A DNA stretch of 64,000 nucleotides from Octopus vulgaris (Eukaryota), in the NCBI GenBank assembly GCA_951406725.2, contig OX597823.1, positions 9,982,001 through 10,046,000 on the forward strand, read 5' to 3'. The position numbers were made by a program, and so were the translations under genes. Of the stretch, positions 11,860 to 26,890 are shown piece by piece; position 1 is the first letter of the stretch; the number at the start of each line of letters is the position of its first letter. A model generated the notes under the pieces. The model was not told where the DNA came from. It worked only from the letters and a program-made list of their open reading frames with translations, and made no database searches.

Positions 11860-13005
11860 ATGAGTCAGTACATTCTGTTGTTGGTGGTGTTTTCTTTAAC
11901 GTCAGTGCGAATTGTTACAAATTGTTATTTATAATTGTTGAAGGTCTCCCCGTGTGGGTGTACCACGATTTGTTAAATTACTTAAATTGTTGAATTTTCG
12001 TCACTGTTTTGTTTGCATAGTATTCGAATCTGTTTATCACCCATCTACGGTAGAATTGGAGAAAGGAAGAGAGAGATGAAGAGTGGACAAAGTTACGCAG
12101 CGGCAACTACACAAGGAATAAATGCCAACACCCAGGAAGTACGGGAAATAAAAACTGAACCCCAAGAAAATGGAAGGAAGGAAGCAAATTGCTGGAAAAG
12201 GAAGGAGCCGGTCGAAAACAGGCTCTTCCAGAAGAACGGAGAAATAATGTGGCAAAGAGGACGGTGGTATACAGGACGTCGTCTACGTCCTCGAACAAGA
12301 TAGAGGTCGTCCCGATAGAGGCAATAAAAGAGTGCCTTGAAAATGTCAAGAGGTTGACCTTTTTATACACGTGGAAGAAAGTACGGCACAGTGGAAGTAA
12401 GGTTTGGCAACGAAGAAGACGCCATAAGCCACTCCACTGTGCCGATAAGGACACTGGAATGCGTACTTCTGCCGACGTACTGTGGCAAACGCGTTGCTAG
12501 AGTAAGAATGGTGCTACGGTATGGAGAATGAGGTGAAAATCCTCAAGATAACGAGGACCAAAAATGACAATTGGTGGGAGTATGGTCTCGAGATGCCATA
12601 CAGGTGAGCTTAAAAAACCTGTATGGCATCACAGAGGAAATCATACTCCTAGGAGACACTAGATTTCGAGTAGTAGTAGAAGGAAGACAGCCAACATGCT
12701 TGCTATGCGGCAAAAAAGGGCACGTGAAGGTGCCCTCAGAAGGAAAACGAATCCGAGGAACAAAAAGGTGAAAAGAAGAGTACCAAATAGGTAGCACCAG
12801 TAACAGAGACAGATAGATTGGAGGAATCCTTCACAGACGTGAACAGGAGAAAGAGAAAAGAACGGGTGAGCTCTCCTCCAGAGAGCCAAAAAAGGTTGAA
12901 AGAGGAGAAGAGAAACAGTTGCGAGACACCAACCTGAATTAATAATGAAAGACGGCGCAGAGGCAGAAACAGCATTACAACAGGATGTGGGAGGAAGCAG
13001 CGCTT
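11860..13005 (+). pseudogene. Second, diverged ORF1 element (Tx1/L1-like), 3' truncated
   Basis: Translated pieces MKSGQSYAAAT..., KRTVVYRT... and RVVVEGRQPTCLLCGKKGH (CCHC knuckle); several frameshifts. Confidence 0.75.
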
Positions 13006-13051
13006 ATTATTTTGTTTTTTTTTTAATATTTTTTACACGCCCGGACAACAG

Positions 13052-13265
13052 AAGGCAGCGAAGTGGCAGAATCCTTACGACGCTGGACAAATGCTTAGCA
13101 GCATTTCATCCGTCTTTACGTACTGGGTTCAAATTCCACTGGGGGCGGACTTCGCTTTTTATATTTTAAGGATCGATAAAGTGAAAAGTGAGTAGCAGTT
13201 GAGCAATGAAGTTGATGTAATCGACTTGCTTCTTCCCTGAAATTGATGGCAATTTGAAACCGATA
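13052..13265 (+). mobile_element. Degenerate SINE family B
   Basis: ggcagcgaagtggcagaatc...gggttcaaattcc...gatcgataaa...gatgtaatcgactt. Confidence 0.7.
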
Positions 13266-13804
13266 TTTTAGAGAGTTAGATTAAGAATAACAATAGAACA
13301 GTCAAGGAGTGAGATTTCAATTTGTGAAACAAATGGCTAAATTAGCCGTCAGACCAACAGTTATTTTGTGTGTGTGTGCATACATGTATGTATATATGTC
13401 TTCACACACACGCACACACAGATCGAGCTGCCGCTCCTCGCACGTGATAGCGGCATGGTTGCGGAACGGCAGCGTTGACAGGGTCGGTTCGGCCGAGCAA
13501 TGCCGACGGCGGCATGCTCACATGTGCAGGCCATTCGGTTGGCAAGCACAGTGATTTTTAGAGACCTAAGCTGTATAAAGCCGCATGAGGGGGAACGATA
13601 ACGGGTCTATGATGCCATTAGATGTTCGGGACCGCACACACATTACACTAGCGATATCAGTGGGCGCGTCTCCAGTGAGAGGGATCGGGGCCTGCAACCA
13701 AACCTGTGAACGAAAAATCCCCAATAGGTGCGGATCATCAGCCCGCAGAGGTCACATTCCTGTCCTTTGAACAGACCACCCATCTTATTAAGAAGCTAAT
13801 TCCT

Positions 13805-13990
13805 GTCAGGTCGCTCCGAGTACTACTGGTAACATGTACCGCAGTACAACCAGTTGCATACTCAGCGTTATCGGCGAATAAACCAGTAATACCACCGAGT
13901 GTTCTTGTCAAGGAATGACACCTTGTCGGACGGAAAACAAACCCCTCAAAAGAAGGAGAAACTCAAGAGTGTACGGTCATTCAATAATGT
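13805..13990 (+). mobile_element. Fragment homologous to the RTE-like 5' region at 28640-28830
   Basis: gtcgctccgagtactactggtaacatgtaccgcagtacaacc...aaaacaaacccctcaaaag...ggtcattcaataa aligns by eye with 28640-28830. Confidence 0.6.
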
Positions 13991-14043
13991 GTATGTGTGT
14001 ATTCCAGGGAGGTATGCGCCGATACAATTATATAAAAATTCTG

Positions 14044-14469
14044 GGATCTTTTCGGTTTGAATGGCAGTTTTTTCTAAGGGTGTCATATGAAATTGTCACC
14101 CATAATTATGACCCTAGTATCGATCTATTGCATTTCAATCTGTTTTAGGGTTAGGGTTAGGGTTAGGGGTGGGGGGAATGGTATCTTTTTTTCTTTACAG
14201 ATGTAAATAAACCCAATCTGTTTCTTAAACGAGGGACATATTCATACGGCACAGAATGTTGTTTACCTTAATAGATGTCAGTGTTTGGTTGAAATTGTAA
14301 AAATTGAAGAAAAAAAAAAACAACAAATATATTACAAACTATAGAATTTTCTCAGTAAAGCCAAGAGAAAAAGATGCTTTATAAACACATTCTACCAGTA
14401 TACGAAGTTTAAAATTTTTTAGTTACCTAGAAATTATGTTAAAAACTGCCGTCCAAAGCAAAAAGATCC
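14044..14469 (+). mobile_element. MITE with ~29-bp TIRs (GGATCTTTTCGGTTTGAAYGGCAGTTTTT), internal TTAGGG repeats, 8-bp TSD
   Basis: TIRs at both ends; flanks aaattctg/atattctg; (ttaggg)4 near 14145-14168. Confidence 0.9.
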
Positions 14470-15594
14470 ATATTCTGGACAATTTAGTGCACTATATACT
14501 ATATTCCGGCAATCTATTCGTGTGAATCCAATTCATTACACCTTTCGTTTTACAACCTTTAGTATTACCCATAGCCAAACATTTTCAAACACACGGGTAA
14601 AAATAATTTATTTGTGACAGATATTCTATGAACATTAAACTATGAGAAATCCTTATCAAAAATATTCACTCTCTCTACTGCTTCTTATTTGTTATTTAAC
14701 TTCTAGAATGGATTCAATAAAAAGCATAAAACAGAAAGTTTTTAACCTGTCGTATAATTGTTCTGATATTTAATTTTAATTTCAATGCAATCACTTAGAT
14801 TATTTTGTTTCTTTCCAAAAGTGTTCTAGCAAGAAATACGAGAATTACTTCGCATAAAGAATCCATTAGTACACTTAACATGCTCACTTGCTCCATATGA
14901 TCAATAAATATCAGAATACATGGTTGACTGTAGTGCAGATTGATCGATCAATGCGTTTAAATGAATTGTGTTTCTTTTGCTAAGACATACGTCTACAGTC
15001 ATTGTAATATTTAATGTTCGCACTCAACTGTCTGCGTTGATAAGTTTTTATTTTGTAGTTTTTTAAACCGTACGTGTAATGCATATGCTAGTCAGACTTT
15101 TCAGTCGGTTTCAGTGCGGTATTTAGTTGTTATCGTTTGTAAAAGCATTAAAAAAAACTCACCTCTAATACTCTCCAACTTACAAACATATTTTCGTCAA
15201 AATATCTAATTTCAATACATGTTGCATGTAAATACTTAGCGGATGAGGTACCATTCGTAACATACACCTAAAAGTTATTCTGGTTTACAAGTCCTGAAAT
15301 TTTCTTTAAATTTAAGTAGAATTGTGAGAGCAATAATGCTTCACAGTATTTGTTCCAACTCTTTGTGTTCTGAGTTCAAATCTTGCTGAAGTCAACCTGA
15401 TGGTTCATCCTTTCTGGCGGCCTTTAAAGAAGAAAGATCCGTTGTGTGGAATAGTGATGTTATAAGCACGTCAGACCGGACACTTTGTGATATTTTTACT
15501 AGCGTTTTATATTCTGAATTCAAATCCTACTTTAGCCTACATGGATAGTACACTTAACACGTTGCCCGTTTTCATACCACCACATAACACGTTG

Positions 15595-15910
15595 TTTTTT
15601 TTTTTTTTGTTCCTTCTCGAGCCACATCTGTTTCATTAGGGCTAGTTTCCCCAGTTTCCTTGGCGTATAGGTTCCCCACCTGGACGGGACTCCGGTCCGT
15701 CGTAGGTAAGCTGCAAGATGCTGGTGGAAAGAGTGAGAGAAAGTTGTGGCGAAAGAGTAAGCAGAAGTTTCACCATTACCTTCTGCCGGAGCCGCGTGGA
15801 GCTTAGGTGATTCGCTCATAAACACACACACATCGCTAGGTCTGAGATTCGAACCCGCGATACCTCGACCGCGAATCTGCTGCTCAAACCACTAGGCCAT
15901 GTGTCTCCAC
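15595..15910 (-). mobile_element. tRNA-derived SINE family D (OR2-like), A-tail, 11-bp TSD
   Basis: Head related to family C but a different 3' half; TSD ataacacgttg at 15584-15594 and 15911-15921. Confidence 0.9.
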
Positions 15911-16586
15911 ATAACACGTTGGGTGTTTTAACAGAGCCCATCGCATCACAAGCATTTGAGCCAGGATTTTCTGGTTTGAAAGCACTTTCTTCCTTCCTTT
16001 CCACCAGTCATAAGCGTTCACTTCTCTCCTGAACAAAAGTTTAACAAAATACTAAACATCCCTTCTAAAACTGAGTGTGGCTGCTGTCATCTAATCAGGG
16101 AAAAGCCGAACATTAAGAATTCTTAGTAATTATAGGAATTTTGTTTTTATCATATTGGTTACAAATTAATCGTTAAGCCACTCTGATATGGCATTACAAA
16201 TGAAGTTAACGTTAACATATTCTATGCAGAGCCATAAAAAGACAAACTATGGCAAATCATGCGGTGTGGGGAAAAATCATTTGCAATCAGCCATTAACTA
16301 AAATCGTTTTGATTCAGAGATATGGAAGGCAATTCATCACAGATGGTTATTATTATAATCTCCTCTTTACGATTCTAGACAAATTCTTGATGACAGAATC
16401 ATTAAGTAAATGTAGAATAATTAACACTTATATATGTGAAGAAATAAAGATTGTTCAAAGAAACAAATTAATATTAGACACTTTCAGTAAAGAAAGATAA
16501 TTAAATTAGCGTTAAAATATAATATAAGAAATAGTAGTATGCTAATTATTTTTGTCGTCTCATTCGAGCTATCCGTGGGGTCAATA

Positions 16587-17032
16587 GGATCTTTTCGGTT
16601 TGAACGGCAGTTTTTCTAGCGGTGTCATATGAAATTGTCACCCATAATTATGGCACTAGTATCTATCGATTGCATTTTAATCTATTTTAGGGTTAGGGTT
16701 AGTTAGGGTTAGTCAGGGCTAGTTAGGGTTAGTTAGGGTTAGGAGGAAGGGTATCTTTTTTTCTTCACAAATGTAAATAAACCCAGTCTGTTTCTTAAAC
16801 GAGGGACATATTCATACGGCACAGAATGTTTTCACCTCAATAGACGTCAGTGATTGGTTGAAATTGCAGAAATTGAAGAAAAAACAACAAATATCTTACG
16901 AACTATAGAATTTTCGCAATAAAGCCAAGAGAAAAAGATGTTTTATAAACACAATCTACCAGTATACGACGTTTAAAAGTGTTTAGTTACGTGGAAATTA
17001 TTTTAAAAACTGCCGTTCAAACCGAAAGATCT
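16587..17032 (+). mobile_element. Same TTAGGG-containing MITE, 8-bp TSD
   Basis: TIRs present; flanks ggtcaata/ggttaata; internal array expanded to ttagggttag variants. Confidence 0.9.
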
Positions 17033-17606
17033 GGTTAATAGAACCGTTAAAGAATAATACTAATTAGATGTCCAGACAATCTTCTTTACGAAAAGAATAT
17101 ATTTGGTCAGCAATAATATTTCGATTCTGAACAATACGCATCTTTGCTAGGTGGTAATATTTCGACCCTGAACGAAGCAAAGCAAAGTTAGTCATTACTG
17201 CTCATTCAGAATTCAAATTGAAGAAAATATATACTATCAGGTCGTATATTCTTTGTTTCCACAAAACAGAAATAACTGCCAGGCTTTGGGAATAAGATAC
17301 GACATTTATTTGGCGTTTGTCGGTGGAAATGATGCCATAAAAACAAAACATAAAATATTTTCAAAACTTGACACCGTGCAGAAGATAAGATTTGAGGAAG
17401 ACAAATCTTTGATTTGACAATAACTGCTAACAAATATTTTCACCCTAACAGACAAAAAACATTATGTTTTGTGTTGGACTCTAATGTGTTCGAATCAGAG
17501 ACGTATAGTAGTATATGTGATTATATCCTCAAATATCTATTAATATTTCTTATATACTTGCACGATTCAAATAACTAGAAAAATAACTAAATATACAAAG
17601 TAATCT

Positions 17607-18039
17607 GGATCTTTTCGGTTTGAACGGCAGTTTTTAACATAATTTCTAGGTAACTAAGAAATTTTAAACTTCGTATACTGGTAGAATGAGTTTATAAAAC
17701 ATCTTTTTCTCTTGGCTTTATTGGGAAAATTCTATAGTTTGTAAGATATTTGTTTTTTTTTTTTTCAATTTCTGTAATTTCAACCAATCGATGAGGTCCA
17801 TTGAGTTAAAAACCATTCTGTGCCGTATGAATATGTCCCTCGTTTAAGAAACAGATTGGGTTTATTTACATTTGTGAAGAAAAAAAAGATACCCTTCCCC
17901 CCACCCCTAACCCTAACCCTAACTAACCGTAACCCTAAAACAGATTGAAATGCAATAGATCGATACTAGGGTCATAATTATGTGTGACAATTTCATATGA
18001 CACCGCTAGAAAAAACTGGCGTTCAAACCGAAAAGATCC
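17607..18039 (-). mobile_element. Same MITE, inverted, flanked by a 65-bp direct duplication
   Basis: TIRs present; (ccctaa)n at ~17905-17937; 17542-17606 is repeated at 18040-18104 with 3 mismatches. Confidence 0.9.
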
Positions 18040-18587
18040 AATATTTCTTATATACTTGTACGATTTAAATAACTAAAAAAATAACTAAATATACAAAGTA
18101 ATCTTTCTCCCTATTATAGTACCAATTTCTTTGTATTATAACAGCGTAATATATACCATTTAGAAATTTGGCTAATCATAAATGGTAAATTATTTATTCC
18201 GTTTTGCTTTATAGTCGGGCGTAGTTTCTTAAACTGATGCAAATATAACAACGTTTCTTTGTTTTAAATGGAATAATAGTATTTAGCCACGAGATCAATC
18301 AAAGCAAATTACAAAAACAATTACGCTACTCTCATTCTCATACACAGAATCTTTGTAATAAAACATAAAAATAGTTCCACTAATCTACTACTATGTATAT
18401 TTAGTTAATTTTCTAGTTATTTTTAAATAATCTTTAGAATAAACATAATCTGTTACGCTTTGGATTTGGTCGCAGATCTGGGCTTACCTAAAAAATCTTA
18501 AATAAGATTCACACTTGCATCATGGAATGTCTCCCTACATATTTGAAACGAAAAGAGATTTTTCTGATATGTCTCTCATGGATATTG

Positions 18588-18870
<283 letters not shown>

Positions 18871-18894
18871 TATACATTTATATATATTCTTATA

Positions 18895-19259
18895 TTATTT
18901 TACTTGTTTTAATTATTTGATTGCGGCAATGCTGGAGTACTGCTGTAAAGGGTGTTAGTCGAAAATATCGACCCCACGATTTATTCTTTGTGAGCTTAGT
19001 ACTTATTCTATCGGGTCTCTTTTGGCGAACCGCTTGTTTCCAGGGACCTAAACATATCAGAATCGGTTGCCAACACACACAAATACACACACACACATAC
19101 ATACATACATACATACATACATACATACATACATACGTACATACATGCATACATACATACATACATACATACATACATACATACATACATACATACGTAC
19201 ATACATGCATACATACATACATACATACATACATACATACATACATACATACATACATG

Positions 19260-19302
<43 letters not shown>

Positions 19303-19307
19303 GCACG

Positions 19308-19342
<35 letters not shown>

Positions 19343-19495
19343 GACGGGCTTCTTTCAGTTTCCTTGTACCAATCCACTCACAAGGCTTTTGTTGGCCCGA
19401 GGTCATAGTAGAAAACACTCCTCCAAGGTGTCAAGCAGTGGGACTGAACCCAGATCCATATGCATGGGAAGCAAGTTTCTTACTACGCAGTCTCA
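18895..19495 (-). mobile_element. Older SINE family A copy with greatly expanded internal (ACAT)n/(CA)n/(TA)n
   Basis: Family A tail at 18895-19070 and head at 19342-19495 flank a ~270-bp microsatellite. Confidence 0.85.
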
Positions 19496-20666
19496 CCATA
19501 TGTATATACATATATATATATGTATACATACACACACATATATACATGTTCTTTTAGCCTAAGACAGATCAGTTAATATTCTTAGCTTTCCACCTAATAT
19601 GAATTCATTCCCTTATTAGGCCATTAATTAAAAAAATGTTGTTAGCATACCTATGAACCTGTATTAAATATGTTAAGCGCTGTTCCTCTACCCAATAGAG
19701 ATTATAGAAATATTGAAATATATTAATAATATTGAAAACAAAATGGCTGCTATATTAAAAGCAGCCTATATATAAACCTTAGTAGCAACTCTAGAAATCT
19801 GTCGTTTTTTTTTTTTTAGTTATTTTAGTCGTGTTCATAGTATTGATGTAGATGATATTTTGGTGTTAAGCTCTACTGACAAGGACAGTAATGTTGCTGC
19901 TTATCAGGGTGAGTGAAATAGCGACAAAAAATAAATAGACGAAGAAAGAGAAAATGATACCGCGAACAGCGAATCAATGTATAAGAATCATTACACATAC
20001 GCAAGCATCGCCTGAAACCATAAATCATCAGATCTAGAGTGGAAACCGATATAAAACTTCTGAAAATAATCCTAATTCATATTCAACACATAGGAAGACT
20101 GTCAGTTGTATTACTGGCAACACATTTTAATCCAAAGTTTGCTAAATAGACTGCGTACGTCTCAAATAAATGCCAACATCGGCAGTAAATTTACTAAGAT
20201 TACTGAACAAAAATTTCTCAGAAATGTATCAGCTTTTAACTGTCATGTATGAAAAGCTTGACGTAACAAACTGATGGAATTTTAGTATTTTGAAGGTGGG
20301 AAGTATACAAAATCAAAAAAACTCTAGAGAATTCGAGCTATTATTTAGAATAACCCATTAACATAAATCGAGTAGGAGAAAACATGCTGTTTGAAATCAA
20401 TAGTTGTGAGTGAGATCGAATGTGTCATACAAAAGAAATATGCGACGAAATACAAGTGCAGCTAATAACGTCAACATGAAAGTGAAACTAGCGTACACTA
20501 ATATAATGGCCAACACCTAAAGCGTTCCAGTTTGTCACATGCTTTACATATACACAGACCAACACACAAATGCGCACACATATATGAGCGCATATGTATA
20601 TATGCATACATGTCACCATAAAACCATAAACACACACTATCTTATGTGGACATATGAATTTTTGTT

Positions 20667-23060
<2,394 letters not shown>

Positions 23061-23447
23061 TACCGCTAAGCACATGACGCTTTGACATGTAGTCTGATCT
23101 TTTAGCATGAAAAATGATACCGAAGTAAGCACACTTAGAAATGAAATGTTCTTTTATTTTTTTGATTAATTGTAAGCAGACAAGTGTAACCTTGCCTCCT
23201 GCCAAAAGCACAGCCTTTTTTTTCAATATGGCTTATTTTTTGCTAGGATTTGTTGAAGACCGCACCCAGTTTTGGCTTTTAATGGAATTGGATTTTTCGG
23301 AAGGATATAGCTGCTTTTGAAAGGAGAAGTAATAATTTTGACTGGATTAAGATTGTTCGTCGTCTGAAGCATTACTATGTTGGCTAATTCAAAATTGTTC
23401 CAGTTGTTATAGAAAAGTTGTCACAAATTTAAGACACAAATATAATA

Positions 23448-23859
23448 GGCATAGGAGTGGCTGTGTGGTAAGCAGGTTGCCTACGAACCACATGGTTCTG
23501 GGTTCAGTCCGACTGCGTGGCACCTTGGGCAAGTGTCTTGTACTATAGCCTCGGGCCGACCAAACCCATGTGAGTGGATACGGTAGACAGAAACTGAAAG
23601 AGGCCTGTCGTATATATATATATATAGGATCAACAAGTGAGACCACGTGAGCGCGTGATATATATAGGGAAAGACACCATGATAGATCGTTAGCCACTAC
23701 ACACATTTTTTTCTCTCCTTGTTTTTCTGTGCACCTATCTGTAGAAGAGCGTAGGCTCGAAACGTAAAATACTTTTTCTATTCCTGAGTGCTATACTAAT
23801 ACATCTGTTTGTTCTGTACACCATCTGTCTTTGTCTTTTGTTTTTTTTTCATGAATTCT

Positions 23860-23905
<46 letters not shown>

Positions 23906-24145
23906 ACATATATATATATGTATGTATTTATGTATGTATGTATGTATGTATATATGTATTTGTGTGTGTATATCTTTGTGTGTCTGTGTTTGCGACCCCG
24001 TACCTTAGCGGTTCGGCAAAGGAAACCGATAGAACAAGTACTAGGCTTACCAAGAATAAGTCCTGGGGGCGATTTGCTCGACTAAAAGGCTGTGCTCCAG
24101 CGGGGCCACGGTCAAATGACTGAAACAAATAAAAGAGAAACAAGA
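23448..24145 (+). mobile_element. SINE family A with a nested PLE-1 module in its internal microsatellite
   Basis: Head 23448-23610, insert 23627-23863, tail 23975-24145. Confidence 0.9.
23627..23863 (+). mobile_element. PLE-1 terminal module with hammerhead-like motif (23734-23770)
   Basis: ctgtaga-agagcgtaggctc-gaaacgta; homologous to 770-960; (TA)n on both sides. Confidence 0.75.
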
Positions 24146-24550
24146 GAGCTCATCGTCATTCTGTTTCGATCCGTGTCTGTCCAGTTGTCCGGTCCACAAC
24201 AAAATTATTGGTTGATTTAGCATGCTTTGGTGATGAATATTGCATTGATAGGTATGCGAATAATTTCGTCTCTACGACAGAGAATTTAGCTCGAAATATT
24301 AAGGCAATTGTCATCTTTCATCATACAATTTTATACATGAATTTTGTTTAACTTTTGACACGTATAAGACGTCGTGAATAATTATTGGAATTTGCATGGT
24401 TTAGTATGTGTTGCGACATAGTTGGGTTTTAACCGTTATTTGCTCATGACTATTTGATAGGTATTTATAGAAAGGTACAGCGGTGTTGATTACATAGTTA
24501 TTGTGGATATGCGGTAGTACAGCAGTTATTGTGGATATGCGGTAATAAAA

Positions 24551-24785
24551 GACGGCGAGGTAGCAGAAACGTTAGAATGCCGGGCGAAATGCGCAGCGGT
24601 ATTTCGTCTGCCGTTACGTTCTGAGTTCAAATTCCGCCGGGGTCGACTTTGCCTTTCATCCGTTATGGTTCGATTAAATAAGTACCAGTTACGTACTGGG
24701 GTCGATGTAATCGACTTAATCAGTTTGTCTGTCCTTGTTTGTCCTCTCTGTGTTTGGCCCCTTGTGGGTAGTAAAGAAATAGGTA
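24551..24785 (+). mobile_element. SINE family B, full length (Meta/MESC-like central domain)
   Basis: gacggcgaggtagcagaaacgttag...gagttcaaattccgcc...gtcgactttgcctttcatcc...aagtaccag...ccccttgtgggtagtaaagaaat. Confidence 0.9.
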
Positions 24786-25003
24786 ATAGAGCAGGCTGTG
24801 ATACGTCAGTTTGAAAGGAGTTTTTCATTTCAAGATCTGAGATACGAACGGAGCACCTGAGTGAAGAACATTAGTTAAATTTTCTTAACTCAAATCTTGC
24901 ATGCTTCTATATCATACAAAGGACTATAGCATAACGTCGTATGGACGTTTAGAAATTAAATGATCACTGATGAATCACAGCATATCTATTGTGCTAGTTC
25001 ACC

Positions 25004-25223
25004 TCTTTTCTCTTTTTCTCTTTTACTTGTTTCAGTCATTTGACTGCGGCCATGCTGGAGCACCGTCTTTAGTCGAGCAAATCGACCCCGGGACTTATTC
25101 TTTGTAAGCCCAGTACTTATTCTATCGGTCTCTTTTGCAGAACCGCTAAGTGACGGGGACGTAAACACAACAGCATCGGTTGTTAAGCAATGCTAGGGGG
25201 ACAAACACAGACACACAAACACG

Positions 25224-25283
<60 letters not shown>

Positions 25284-25448
25284 TACGACGGGCTTCTTTC
25301 AGTTTCCGTCTACCAAATCCACTCACAAGGCTTTGGTCGGCCCGAGGCTATAGCAGAAGACACTTGCCCAAGATACCACGCAGTGGGACTGAACCCGGAA
25401 CCATGTGGTTGGTTAGCAAGCTACTTACCACACAGCCACTCCTGCGCC
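25004..25448 (-). mobile_element. SINE family A, full length
   Basis: Near-identical reverse complement of 4946-5369. Confidence 0.95.
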
Positions 25449-25626
25449 TGATAGTTTTTAAACGAAAGAAGCCCCAGACTGAGATCGATGGAGTTGTGTT
25501 CGAGAATATCCACCAAGCCCCGAATATGTTGTTCGTGATGGTAACATTTGGTGAGTTATCAGTTTCTGAACTTGCATTTCTCCAAAATATCATCATGAAA
25601 ATTCGTATATTCATAGTTTGAGTTCG

Positions 25627-26009
25627 GTGGAGGCGCAATGGCCCAGTGGTTAGGGAAGCGGACTCGCGGTCGTAGTATATCTGTTTCGATTCCCACACCG
25701 GGCATTGTGAGGGTTTATTGAGCGAAAACACCTAAAGCTTCACAAGGCTCCTGCAGGGGGTGGTGGTGAACCCTGCTGTACTCTTTCACCACAACTTTCT
25801 CTCACTCTTTCTTCCTGTTTCTGTTGTACCTGTATTTCAAAGGGCCAGCCTTGTCACTCTCTGTGTCACGCTGAATCTCCTCGAGAACTACGTTAAGGGT
25901 ACACGTGTCTGTGGAATGCTCAGCCACTTGCACGTTAATTCCACGAGCAAGCTGTTCCGTTGATCGTATCAGCTGGGACCCTCATCGTCGTAACCGACGG
26001 AGTGCTCCA
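25627..26009 (+). mobile_element. SINE family C, 14-bp TSD
   Basis: Near-identical to 11272-11654; TSD atagtttgag(t/a)tcg at 25613-25626 and 26010-26023. Confidence 0.95.
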
Positions 26010-26711
26010 ATAGTTTGAGATCGATATTCATAAGAGAAATCAAATACTTCATTGAGGAATGGAACTAGTAAACGAATTCGTGCAAGCACCATGATGATCT
26101 GTCATCTCCTTCGGTGGGAGTTATCACAAACGATTTACATCTAGATGGTCATATACAACTTGTAGTAGAAGGATTTTAAGTGAAGGAGGACAAGTTTCAT
26201 TCTGAAAGAATTAAATTTAGGGCAAAACGAATATTAATTATTGTTAATACAGTATTATCTGCTAAAATGCTATTGAGCGAGGCGTTCCGGTTGGCATATT
26301 GCAGTTAAAACTATTTTGCAATTCCCATTATATATATTCACTCTTTGAAAACTGTCTAACGCCCTACATTCATGTAAAAGGCATGTTATCTTCCATGCCA
26401 TGCACTGCTTGAGAGTAAATTTCTTGTTTCCGTGAAATTTAACCTGTGTTTTCTACATATACAGCGGCAGTGATGATTTTAGGTCTGTAGTATTTAATGT
26501 ATGTACCTTATGAAAGTGCACATGAAGGAGAATAACCTTAACCATCAAAATTAAATTAGTGGTAAAGTCTATTTGCAATCAAATGGCGTCCGTACAAATT
26601 TTGGTGATGCCCCAACTAACTATAGACTTAAAAGAAGTACTTGTGTACTCCGATTTCAAATACATGGACACACATCTCCGTAGGTAATATAACCATCGAA
26701 TTTTATGTTCA

Positions 26712-26890
26712 CATGTATGTATGTATGTATGTATGCATGCATGTATGTATGTATGCATGTATGTATGTATGTATGTATGCATGTATGTACGTATGTATGT
26801 ATGTATGTATGCATGTATGTATGTATGTATGTATGTATGTATGTATGTATGTATGTATGTATGTATGTATGAGTGTGTGCGTGTGTGTGT
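26712..26890. repeat. (TATG)n microsatellite
   Basis: Direct tandem repeat. Confidence 0.95.

Noticed and set aside
14145-17940. TTAGGG repeats as an interstitial telomere or fusion site
   Set aside because: They are short and lie at the same position inside each MITE copy.
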